A DNA stretch of 24,000 nucleotides from the NCBI GenBank assembly GCA_965199975.1, contig OZ241340.1:515939-539938 (forward strand). Reading direction: 5' to 3'. The position numbers were made by a program, and so were the translations under genes. The notes under the pieces were generated by a model. That model did not search any database, was not told where the DNA came from, and saw only the letters and a program-made list of their open reading frames with translations. Positions 16,393 through 23,128 of the stretch are shown here, piece after piece. This DNA comes from Caulobacteraceae bacterium (lineage in GTDB: Bacteria > Pseudomonadota > Alphaproteobacteria > Caulobacterales > Caulobacteraceae). How positions within the stretch are numbered: the stretch's first letter is position 1; every line of letters begins with the position of its first letter.

Positions 16393-17084
16393 ACGACGGG
16401 GGCGATACGTCGGCGTCGGTGAGCTGGCGCGACGCCCACGGCTCCCTGCGCTCCTTCGGGCGGCTCAAGTCACGCCCGATCAAGCCGCGGCAGGCGGAGC
16501 TCCTGGAGAGCCTTCTGCCGCGCCTGGCCGTCGATCTCGCCGCGCCACAGCTGGGCGAGGACGAAACCTGGCTGGAGATCGGCTTCGGCGGAGGCGAGCA
16601 CCTGGCCGAACAGGCCGCGCGCCACCCCGACGTCCGGCTCCTGGGGGCCGAGCCCTTCCTCAACGGCGCCGCCTCGGCGCTGCGCCATATCGACGAACGC
16701 AGGCTGCACAACGTGCGCCTGCACGTGGGCGATGCGCGCGACCTCCTCGCCGCCCTGCCCGATGCCGGCCTGGCGCGCGTGTTCATCCTCTTCCCCGACC
16801 CGTGGCCCAAGGCGCGCCACCGCAAGCGGCGCCTGGTGCAGGCGCAGGTGGCTCGCGACTTGGGCCGGGTGCTGGGGCCCGGGGGGCGGCTGCGCTTCGC
16901 CACCGACTGGGCCGACTACGCCGACGAGGCGCTGCTCACCCTGCGCGCCGAGCCGACCCTGCGCTGGTCGGCGCGGGAGGCGCACGACTGGCGCATCCCC
17001 CCCGAAGACCACGTGACTACGCGCTACGAAACCAAGCGGCTGGGCGATGGCGCGCCGGTGTTCCTCGACTTCGTCCGGCGCTGA
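16389..17084 (+). CDS. trmB: tRNA (guanine-N7)-methyltransferase
   Basis: 231-aa ORF. GTG 16389 overlaps the hslU stop (GTGA). Motifs: [14 protein letters not shown]-binding motif and [15 protein letters not shown] TrmB signature. Confidence 0.92.
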   Translation: MNDGGDTSASVSWRDAHGSLRSFGRLKSRPIKPRQAELLESLLPRLAVDLAAPQLGEDETWLEIGFGGGEHLAEQAARHPDVRLLGAEPFLNGAASALRHIDERRLHNVRLHVGDARDLLAALPDAGLARVFILFPDPWPKARHRKRRLVQAQVARDLGRVLGPGGRLRFATDWADYADEALLTLRAEPTLRWSAREAHDWRIPPEDHVTTRYETKRLGDGAPVFLDFVRR

Positions 17085-17100
17085 CGGGGGGCTCAGCGCC
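17077..17100. terminator. Hairpin built from the convergent trmB and hisE stop codons
   Basis: GGCGCTGA (17077-17084), loop CGGGGGGC, TCAGCGCC (17093-17100): an 8-bp perfect stem. TGA of trmB pairs with TCA (the complement of the hisE TGA). Confidence 0.35.
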
Positions 17101-17422
17101 CGCGCGCGGCCTTCTCGTCCAGCCCCGAAACGCCCGCGCGGCGCTCCAGCTCGGCGGCCACCGAGTCCGGCGTCACCTCCGCGGCGGCGAGAAGCACGAG
17201 CCAGTGGTAGAGCATGTCGGCGCTTTCCGCCGCCAAGCCCGCGGCGTCGCCCTGGGCGGCGGCGATGCACGTCTCCACCGCCTCCTCGCCGAACTTCTTG
17301 GCGCAGCGCCCGACGCCCCCGGCCAGGAGGCTGGCGGTGTAGGAACCGGCCGTGTCGGCGCCGCGGCGCGCCTCCACCGTTTGCGCCAGGGCGGAGAGGG
17401 CCGCCAGCAGCCTCTCCATCAC
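17093..17422 (-). CDS. hisE: Phosphoribosyl-ATP pyrophosphatase
   Basis: 109-aa ORF: (M)[19 protein letters not shown] … SYTASLL … KKFGEEAVE … MLYHWLVLL. The start is either GTG 17422 or ATG 17419; both overlap the hisF stop (GTGATG). Confidence 0.92.
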   Translation of the reverse strand: MMERLLAALSALAQTVEARRGADTAGSYTASLLAGGVGRCAKKFGEEAVETCIAAAQGDAAGLAAESADMLYHWLVLLAAAEVTPDSVAAELERRAGVSGLDEKAARGR

Positions 17423-18210
17423 GCCGCCGCCTTCAGGCTTCGCCGCACGGGCACGCCCGCTGCAGCGAGCGCGGCCTTGGCCTCATCGACGCCGATCTCG
17501 CCGAAGTGGAAGACGCTGGCGGCCAGCACGGCGTCGGCCCCGCCCTCGCGCACGGCCTCGACCATGTGCGCCGCCGAGCCCGCACCGCCCGAGGCGATCA
17601 CCGGCACGCCGACCGCGGAGGTGACGGCCCGCAGCAGGGCCAGGTCGTAGCCCGCCTTCGCCCCGTCGCGGTCCATGGAGGTGAGGAGGATCTCGCCCGC
17701 GCCCTTGCCGACCGCCAGGCGGGCGTAAGTGACGGCGTCAACCCCGGTGGCGCGCCGGCCGCCGTGGGTGAAGATCTCCCAGCGCGCGCCACCCGGCCCG
17801 TCGGCGACCCGCTTGGCGTCGACCGCCGCCACCACGCATTGGGCGCCGAAGGCGTCGGCGCAGCGCGCGAGCACGTCGGGATCGGCCACCGCGGCGGAGT
17901 TGATCGACACCTTGTCGGCGCCCGCCCGCAGCAGCGCGCGCGCGTCCTGCACCCCGCGCACGCCCCCGCCCACGCCCAACGGCATGAAGCACACGTCGGC
18001 GGTGCGCGCGATCACGTCGAGCAGCGCGCCACGGCCCTCGTGGCTGGCGGCGATGTCGAGGAACATCAGCTCGTCGGCGCCCGCGGCGTCGTAGGCCTGC
18101 GCCTGCTCGACCGGGTCGCCCGCGTCGCGCAAGGCGACGAACTGGACCCCCTTCACCACGCGCCCGTCCTTGACGTCGAGGCAGGGGATCACGCGCGTCT
18201 TGACGCTCAC
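17419..18210 (-). CDS. hisF: Imidazole glycerol phosphate synthase, cyclase subunit
   Basis: Frame of ORF 17419-18459. The start is taken at GTG 18210 ([24 protein letters not shown]), overlapping the hisA stop (GTGA). 263 aa. Confidence 0.94.
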   Translation of the reverse strand: MSVKTRVIPCLDVKDGRVVKGVQFVALRDAGDPVEQAQAYDAAGADELMFLDIAASHEGRGALLDVIARTADVCFMPLGVGGGVRGVQDARALLRAGADKVSINSAAVADPDVLARCADAFGAQCVVAAVDAKRVADGPGGARWEIFTHGGRRATGVDAVTYARLAVGKGAGEILLTSMDRDGAKAGYDLALLRAVTSAVGVPVIASGGAGSAAHMVEAVREGGADAVLAASVFHFGEIGVDEAKAALAAAGVPVRRSLKAAA

Positions 18211-18929
18211 GCCACAGCCTCCAGCGCCGCAGCGGGATCGATGCAGCCGGCGTAGAGCGACTTGCCAAGGATGGCGCCGGCGATCGGCGCGCCCGGCCGC
18301 GCCTTCAGCGCCAGGAGGTCGTCCACCGAGGCTATGCCGCCCGAGGCGATCACCGGGATAGCCACTGCGTCGGCCAGCGCGCCGGTGGCCTCGACGTTGA
18401 CGCCTTCCAGAGTCCCGTCGCGACCGATGTCGGTGATGATCAGGGCCGCGACGCCGCAATCCTCGAAGCGGCGCGCCAACTCCGCCGCCGTCAGCGCCGA
18501 AGCTTCGGCCCAGCCGGAGATGGCGACGCGGCCGTCGCGCACGTCGATCCCCACGGCGATGCGGCCGGGATGGGCGCGGGCCGCCTCGCGCACGAGATCG
18601 GGGTCGCGCACTGCGGCGGTTCCGAGGATGACGCGCGACACACGCGCCTCAAGCCAGCGTTCGATCCCCGCCCGATCGCGGACGCCCCCGCCAAGCTGCA
18701 CAGGCGCGTCGGTGGCGGCGAGGATGGCGGAGACGGCAGGGGCGTTGGCGCTGGCTCCTGAGAAGGCGCCGTCGAGGTCGACGACGTGCAGCCAAGGAAA
18801 GCCCTGCTGGCGGAAGCGGCGCGCCTGGTCGGCGGGGTCGTCGTTGTAGGTCGTGGCCTGCGCCATGTCGCCCTTGACGAGCCGGACGCAGCGGCCGCCC
18901 TTCAGGTCGATGGCGGGATAGAGAATCAT
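18207..18929 (-). CDS. hisA: 1-(5-phosphoribosyl)-5-[(5-phosphoribosylamino)methylideneamino]imidazole-4-carboxamide isomerase
   Basis: Frame of ORF 18207-18968. The start is taken at ATG 18929 ([22 protein letters not shown]). 240 aa. Confidence 0.93.
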   Translation of the reverse strand: MILYPAIDLKGGRCVRLVKGDMAQATTYNDDPADQARRFRQQGFPWLHVVDLDGAFSGASANAPAVSAILAATDAPVQLGGGVRDRAGIERWLEARVSRVILGTAAVRDPDLVREAARAHPGRIAVGIDVRDGRVAISGWAEASALTAAELARRFEDCGVAALIITDIGRDGTLEGVNVEATGALADAVAIPVIASGGIASVDDLLALKARPGAPIAGAILGKSLYAGCIDPAAALEAVA

Positions 18930-18981
18930 GCGGGCACCTAGGGCAGGTGAGGCGGCGCGATCAAGCACGCGCGCGCGAACC

Positions 18982-19005
18982 GGCGCGACCCCTGCGGGTC
19001 GCGCC
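18982..19005 (-). terminator. Terminator-like hairpin downstream of the YeaQ-like gene
   Basis: GGCGCGACCC (18982-18991), loop CTGC, GGGTCGCGCC (18996-19005): a perfect 10-bp stem starting 9 nt past the stop at 19014. There is no U-tract. Confidence 0.5.
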
Positions 19006-19013
19006 GCCCCGCA

Positions 19014-19265
19014 TCAGGTGCGCCGCACCACCATGTGATACAGCACCAGGACCACGATCGAGCCGATCACAGCCACGAGGAGACTGTAGAGGTTGAGCCC
19101 GGTCACGCCCGAGTGTCCGAAGAAGCTGAAGATGTAGCCGCCGACGACAGCGCCGACGACCCCGAGCACGATATCGAGGAGGAGGCCCTCACCCGATTTG
19201 TTGACGATCTTGCTGCCGATGAAGCCGGCGACGAGGCCCAGGATGAGCCAAGCGATGATGCCCAT
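19014..19265 (-). CDS. GlsB/YeaQ/YmgE-family (transglycosylase-associated) small stress membrane protein
   Basis: 83-aa ORF: MGIIAWLILGLVAGFIGSKIV…LLLDIVLGVVGAVVGGYIF is the family pattern. AGGA lies 9 nt upstream of the ATG. The start is 12 nt after the upstream gene's stop. Confidence 0.88.
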   Translation of the reverse strand: MGIIAWLILGLVAGFIGSKIVNKSGEGLLLDIVLGVVGAVVGGYIFSFFGHSGVTGLNLYSLLVAVIGSIVVLVLYHMVVRRT

Positions 19266-19277
19266 GTGCGTTGATCC

Positions 19278-19574
19278 TTACTTGCGGACGAAGACGGTCT
19301 TGCGGCCGCCGCGGAGCATGAAGCCGAGCACGGCGCCGACGGCCAGCGTGATCGCAAGCGCCTGGAGCGGCTGCTCCTTGGCGTAGCTCTCAACCTCGTC
19401 GTACACGTCCTGCGCACGATCCTTGGCCTGGCCCAACGCGTCCTGCGCCGAGCCGAAGGCCTGGTCGGCCTTGCCCTTGGCTTGGCGCCCCGCGTCGCCG
19501 GTGAGACCGCCCCAGGCGTCCTCCACCTTGCCGCCGGCCTTCTTGAGGCCGCCTTCGATCCGATCTTCGCTCAT
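19278..19574 (-). CDS. CsbD-like stress protein fused to a C-terminal membrane anchor
   Basis: Frame of ORF 19278-19616. The start is taken at ATG 19574 (MSEDRIEGGLKKAGGKVEDAWGGLTGDAGRQAKGKADQAFG) with GGAGA 6 nt upstream; ATG 19580 is an alternative. The C-terminus PLQALAITLAVGAVLGFML is a TM helix. Confidence 0.8.
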   Translation of the reverse strand: MSEDRIEGGLKKAGGKVEDAWGGLTGDAGRQAKGKADQAFGSAQDALGQAKDRAQDVYDEVESYAKEQPLQALAITLAVGAVLGFMLRGGRKTVFVRK

Positions 19575-19615
19575 GGTCATTCTCCGAACAGCCTCAAGCA
19601 GGCTTCGCCGCACCA

Positions 19616-19640
19616 AACGCGCTCAGCCGACCTGCGATCC
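19616..19640 (-). promoter_or_regulatory. Possible general-stress (EcfG-type) promoter GGATC-N16-CGTT
   Basis: On the minus strand, GGATC (19640-19636), 16 nt, then CGTT (19619-19616), about 40 nt upstream of the CsbD-like start. It has one mismatch to GGAAC-N16-17-CGTT. Confidence 0.25.
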
Positions 19641-19729
19641 ACAAAATTGCACGTTTGTATGGAACAACGGCGCGGACGGCCCATATTCCCTCTGCGCGGA
19701 TATGCCGTGCGACCGTCCTGGAGGCCGTC

Positions 19730-20356
19730 ATGGGCCTGATCGTCTTTCCCGCCCTGGTGTCGGACGCGGACCCCGCCGACCTCACCGCCAGCTTCCCCGA
19801 CTTCGCCGATCTGTCCGTTCGCGCCGCCAGCCCGATCGAACTTCTCCTGCGCGCGCGAGAGCGCCTGACGCAGGTGCTGCGCGATCTGGAGAAGGCGGGC
19901 GACGCCTGGCCCACGCCCTCGACGCTGGCCGAGGCCCGGGCGAGCGCTCCGGACCATCCGGGCTCGGTGGTGTGGGTCGACGTCGAGGTCGAGGACACGC
20001 CGGTGCGCGTCACCATCTCGATCGGCGAGCGCCTGCTCGCCCGCATCGACGCGGCCGCCGAGGAGCACGCCATGACCCGCTCGGGCTATCTTGCGGCCGC
20101 CGCGCGCCGCCAGATCGGCGTGGGCGGCTCGCCGCTGGACGGCGCCACCGGCCAGCGCATCTACGAGGAGGTCGCCGCCGCCGGCCGCCGCATCCAGGAG
20201 ACGCTGGGGCCCGAGTCGCCTGTCGGTCGCACCCTCGCGGAACTGGACACCATCGCGCTGGACGGGCTGCGCCGGGTCGCCAACGGCGTCTCCGGGGCGA
20301 TGCGGGGCCGCCCGCAGCCGCGCCGACCCGATCCGCCCCAGCCCGACGCGCACTGA
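19730..20356 (+). CDS. HicB-family antitoxin-like protein (HicB fold + ribbon-helix-helix) with a long C-terminal tail; no HicA partner
   Basis: Frame of ORF 19655-20356. The start is taken at ATG 19730, preceded by GGAGG and a 5-nt spacer. MGLIVFPALVSDADPADLTASFPDFADLSVRAASPIELLLRARERL matches the HicB N-domain pattern. VRVTISIGERLLARIDAAAEEHAMTRSGYLAAAARR is an RHH. About 75 further residues have no recognisable motif. Confidence 0.78.
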   Translation: MGLIVFPALVSDADPADLTASFPDFADLSVRAASPIELLLRARERLTQVLRDLEKAGDAWPTPSTLAEARASAPDHPGSVVWVDVEVEDTPVRVTISIGERLLARIDAAAEEHAMTRSGYLAAAARRQIGVGGSPLDGATGQRIYEEVAAAGRRIQETLGPESPVGRTLAELDTIALDGLRRVANGVSGAMRGRPQPRRPDPPQPDAH

Positions 20357-20364
20357 AGGCGCCC

Positions 20365-20398
20365 CGGCGCGCCGCTCGCCGGCCGTGGCGGCGCGCCG
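20365..20398 (+). terminator. Terminator-like hairpin after the HicB-like gene
   Basis: CGGCGCGCCGC (20365-20375) pairs perfectly (11 bp) with GCGGCGCGCCG (20388-20398) around a 12-nt loop. It starts 9 nt after the stop. There is no U-tract. Confidence 0.45.
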
Positions 20399-20444
20399 TG
20401 GCGCAGGGCTGCGAAATCGTGCGAAGCTCGTATGATGACGCCGG

Positions 20445-20470
20445 GTAACCGCTTAGCCTGCGGCGACGAA
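20445..20470 (+). promoter_or_regulatory. ECF sigF-type promoter GTAACC-N16-CGAA upstream of the ECF sigma gene
   Basis: GTAACC (20445-20450), exactly 16 nt, then CGAA (20467-20470). This matches the motif I recall for Caulobacter sigF-dependent promoters. CGAA ends 14 nt before ATG 20485. Confidence 0.5.
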
Positions 20471-20484
20471 CACGCTGGCGCCGG

Positions 20485-21042
20485 ATGACCCTCGCCGAAC
20501 CCGACCTAAAGCGCTGGCTGCTCGCGGGCCTGGATGGCGACGCCGTCGCCTACAGGCGTCTGCTGGAGGCGTTGCGGCGCGGCCTCACGCCCTTTTTCCG
20601 GCGCCGCATGGGGCGCGACGTCGGCGAGGTGGAGGACCTGGTGCAGGAGACTCTCATCGCGGTGCACGCCAAGCGCGCGACCTTCGACAGGTCCCAGTCG
20701 GTGAGCGCCTGGGTCTACGCCATCGCCCGCTACAAGCTGATCGACCACTACCGCCGCAGCGGTCGGCGCGTGCACGTGCCGCTCGAAGAAGCGGGCGAGC
20801 TGTGGGTCGCCGACGAGAGCGCCGCCGTCGATGCGCGCCGCGACATCGAGCGCGGCCTGGCCGACCTGCCCGAGCGCGCCCGCGACCTCGTGCGCAGCGT
20901 CAAGCTGCAGGAGGTTCCGGTCGCCGAGGTGGCGGCGCGCACGGGCATGTCGGAGGGGGCGGTGAAGGTGGCGGTTCATCGCGGGTTCGTGCGCCTGGCC
21001 GCCCGCATGCGGCGCGACGAACCGGCGGAGGGCGACCGGTGA
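20485..21042 (+). CDS. sigF: ECF (sigma-70 family) RNA polymerase sigma factor, sigF/ECF16-like
   Basis: 185-aa ORF with region 2 (EDLVQETLIAVHAKRATFD…WVYAIARYKLIDHYRR) and region 4 (LPERARDLVRSVKLQEVPVAEVAARTGMSEGAVKVAVHRG). The stop overlaps the start of an NrsF/DUF1109 gene (GTGA). Confidence 0.88.
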   Translation: MTLAEPDLKRWLLAGLDGDAVAYRRLLEALRRGLTPFFRRRMGRDVGEVEDLVQETLIAVHAKRATFDRSQSVSAWVYAIARYKLIDHYRRSGRRVHVPLEEAGELWVADESAAVDARRDIERGLADLPERARDLVRSVKLQEVPVAEVAARTGMSEGAVKVAVHRGFVRLAARMRRDEPAEGDR

Positions 21043-21677
21043 GCGACGACCTGATCGGGCGACTCGCGGCGGACCTGCGGCCCGTGCCGCGCTTGGCGGT
21101 GGCGCGCCGGCTGGCGGTGGGGCTGGGCCTGGGCGCGCTGGGTTCGGCCCTGCTCACCTGGGCGACGCTGGGCTTCCGGCCGGACATGCCGCAGGCCATG
21201 CGCGAGGCGATGTTCTGGGTGAAGCTGGCCTACACCCTGGCGATCGGCGGCGTGGCTCTATGGGCCTGCGAGCGGCTGGCGCGGCCCTCGGGCGCCGCCG
21301 GGCGCCGCGCCGTCTGGCTCGCCTTGCCGGTGGTCGCGGTCGTGAGCTTCGCCGCGTCGGAGCTGCTGCGCGCGCCGGCGCCCATGCGAATGCCGATGAT
21401 CATGGGGAGCTCGTCGCAGGTGTGCCCGTGGTGCATCGCAACCTTCTCCCTGCCGCCGCTCCTGGGTCTGATCTGGGCGGTGCGGGGCCTCGCGCCGACG
21501 CGGCTGCGGCTGACGGGGCTGATGATCGGCCTGGCCGCCGGCGGGATGGGCGCGAGCGTCTACGCCCTGCACTGCCCGGAGCCGACGGCGCCCTTCCTGG
21601 CGGTCTGGTACACCCTGGGCATCGCCACCGCCGCGGCGATCGGCGCGGCCATAGGCCCGCGCCTGCTGCGCTGGTGA
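21039..21677 (+). CDS. nrsF: NrsF-family (DUF1109) membrane anti-sigma factor
   Basis: Frame of ORF 20802-21677. The start is taken at GTG 21039 (VSDDLIGRLAADLRPVPR…), the typical DUF1109 N-terminus, followed by six hydrophobic segments. Cys motifs are CPWC and HCPEPTAPF. 212 aa. Confidence 0.85.
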   Translation: MSDDLIGRLAADLRPVPRLAVARRLAVGLGLGALGSALLTWATLGFRPDMPQAMREAMFWVKLAYTLAIGGVALWACERLARPSGAAGRRAVWLALPVVAVVSFAASELLRAPAPMRMPMIMGSSSQVCPWCIATFSLPPLLGLIWAVRGLAPTRLRLTGLMIGLAAGGMGASVYALHCPEPTAPFLAVWYTLGIATAAAIGAAIGPRLLRW

Positions 21678-21690
21678 GGCGCCTGCGCCC

Positions 21691-22683
21691 TCAGGGGATG
21701 GGGGCGGGCTCGGCGGTCGGCGAGGGGGCGTTCGGGTCGCCGTAGGTTAGCGAGAGGAACACGTCCTCCAGGTCAGGCTCCTCGGTGGCCAGGTCCTTTA
21801 TGCGCACGCCGGCGGCGCGCACCGCCGCCAGCACCGCCTCTACGCTCGCACCCTCGGCCTTGAAGGTGATGGCGAGGCGCCCGTCAGGCCGCAGCTTGGC
21901 GTCGAAGCCCTGGACGGCCGGCGCGGCGGCGAGCGCCTCCTCCGGCGTGATCACCACCGCGCGGGTGTCGAGGCGACGCAGAAGGTCGCGCGTAGGCTCG
22001 CAGGCCACCACCTGGCCGTGGTTGACGATGGCGATGCGGTCGCACAGCGCCTGCGCCTCCTCCAGGTAGTGGGTGGTGAGCACGATGGTCACGCCCGCGG
22101 CGTTCAGCTCCTGCACGTAGGCCCACAGCTGGCGGCGCAGCTCCACGTCGACGCCGGCGGTGGGCTCGTCGAGGATCAGCACCGGCGGGCTGTGCACCAT
22201 GGCCTTGGCCACCATCAGGCGTCGCTTCATGCCGCCGGAGAGCTGGCGCACGTAGGAATCCGCCTTGTCGCCCAGGCCCAGCGCATTGAGGATCTCCATG
22301 GTGCGCCGCTCGCGCTTGGGCACGCCGTACATGCCCGCCTGCACCTCCATGCTCTCGCGCGGCGTGAAGAAGACGTCGGCCGCCAGCTCCTGGGGCACCA
22401 CGCCGATGGCCGAGCGCGACGAGCGGGGGTGCTGGTCGATGTCCATACCCCACACCGAGACCTGCCCTTCCGTCTTGGTGACGAGGCCGGCCAGGATGTT
22501 GATGAAGGTCGACTTGCCCGCCCCGTTCGGACCCAGGAGGCCGAACATGGAGCCCCGGGGAATGGCCAGATCCACCCTGCGCAGCGCGGTCTTGGCCGGC
22601 GCGCGGGGGCTGGCGGTGTAGGTCTTGACCAGCCCCTGCGCCTCGATGGCGAAGTCGGGCAGGGACGAGGAGGACGAGCTCAT
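21691..22683 (-). CDS. ABC transporter ATP-binding protein (ABC-2 / YadG-like exporter type), no adjacent permease gene
   Basis: 330-aa ORF with Walker A GPNGAGKST, signature LSGGMKRRL and Walker B VLILDEPTAGVD, plus a C-terminal accessory domain. Confidence 0.9.
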   Translation of the reverse strand: MSSSSSSLPDFAIEAQGLVKTYTASPRAPAKTALRRVDLAIPRGSMFGLLGPNGAGKSTFINILAGLVTKTEGQVSVWGMDIDQHPRSSRSAIGVVPQELAADVFFTPRESMEVQAGMYGVPKRERRTMEILNALGLGDKADSYVRQLSGGMKRRLMVAKAMVHSPPVLILDEPTAGVDVELRRQLWAYVQELNAAGVTIVLTTHYLEEAQALCDRIAIVNHGQVVACEPTRDLLRRLDTRAVVITPEEALAAAPAVQGFDAKLRPDGRLAITFKAEGASVEAVLAAVRAAGVRIKDLATEEPDLEDVFLSLTYGDPNAPSPTAEPAPIP

Positions 22684-22715
22684 GCGGGCGGGATCGGGGG
22701 CTTTCAGCGGCGCGT

Positions 22716-22744
22716 TTGACGCCCGCCGCGGCCGCGCCTAGGTA
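22716..22744 (+). promoter_or_regulatory. Sigma-70-like promoter candidate TTGACG-N17-TAGGTA
   Basis: TTGACG (22716-22721; TTGACGC fits the alphaproteobacterial -35 TTGACGS), 17 nt, then TAGGTA (22739-22744). It lies about 70 nt upstream of the zf-CHCC start. Confidence 0.35.
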
Positions 22745-22812
22745 GGCCGCTGCGCCCTGCCTCACAAGCGGTGGCGGGCCTTTGCGCAGCGTCGCCCGGA
22801 GCCACCCACACC

Positions 22813-23067
22813 ATGCGGCCCGACCTCCTCGCCGTGGACGCCCCCTCCGGTCTCGAGCCTGCCGAGGTCGTGCGCGTCGACACCCACCGGGTCTGGTGCG
22901 ACGGCGGCGAGGGCGCGCTGGGCCATCCGCGCGTCTACATGGAGATGGGCGCCTCGGGCTTCGTCGAGTGCGGCTACTGCGACCGGCGCTTCGTGCTGAA
23001 CGGCCATCCGCACGACGAGAGCCTGCGGCTGGACCCCGCCGACTGGCAGGGCGCCGCCGGCGCCTGA
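22813..23067 (+). CDS. zf-CHCC zinc-finger protein (NDUFS6-like small protein)
   Basis: Frame of ORF 22771-23067. The start is ATG 22813 (GTG 22771 is possible). VWCDGGEGALGHPRVYMEMGASGFVECGYCDRRFVL gives the C…H…C-x2-C pattern. Confidence 0.8.
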   Translation: MRPDLLAVDAPSGLEPAEVVRVDTHRVWCDGGEGALGHPRVYMEMGASGFVECGYCDRRFVLNGHPHDESLRLDPADWQGAAGA

Positions 23068-23069
23068 GG

Positions 23070-23098
23070 CGCAAGCGCCGCGAGGGGCGGCGCTTGCG
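23070..23098 (+). terminator. Strong hairpin between the zf-CHCC and MmcB-like genes
   Basis: CGCAAGCGCCG (23070-23080), loop CGAGGGG, CGGCGCTTGCG (23088-23098): a perfect 11-bp stem starting 3 nt after the stop. No U-tract follows (AAAGGAAC). Confidence 0.45.
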
Positions 23099-23128
23099 AA
23101 AGGAACGCAGCGGGAACATGCTGCCCGC

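Noticed and set aside
19661-19690. Plus-strand GGAAC (19661-19665) as an EcfG/ECF -35 for the HicB-like gene, and minus-strand GGAAT-N15-CGTT (19689-19666) as a second GSR promoter.
   Set aside because: No CGTT or GTC-type -10 lies at 16-17 nt on the plus strand. The minus-strand candidate has both a -35 mismatch and a short spacer.
19482-19739. 85-aa ORF just upstream of, and overlapping, the HicB-like start, considered as a possible HicA toxin.
   Set aside because: It lies antisense to the well-supported CsbD-like gene and has no SD. It also lacks the HicA pattern (conserved Gly/His…, short dsRBD-like fold of ~60 aa).
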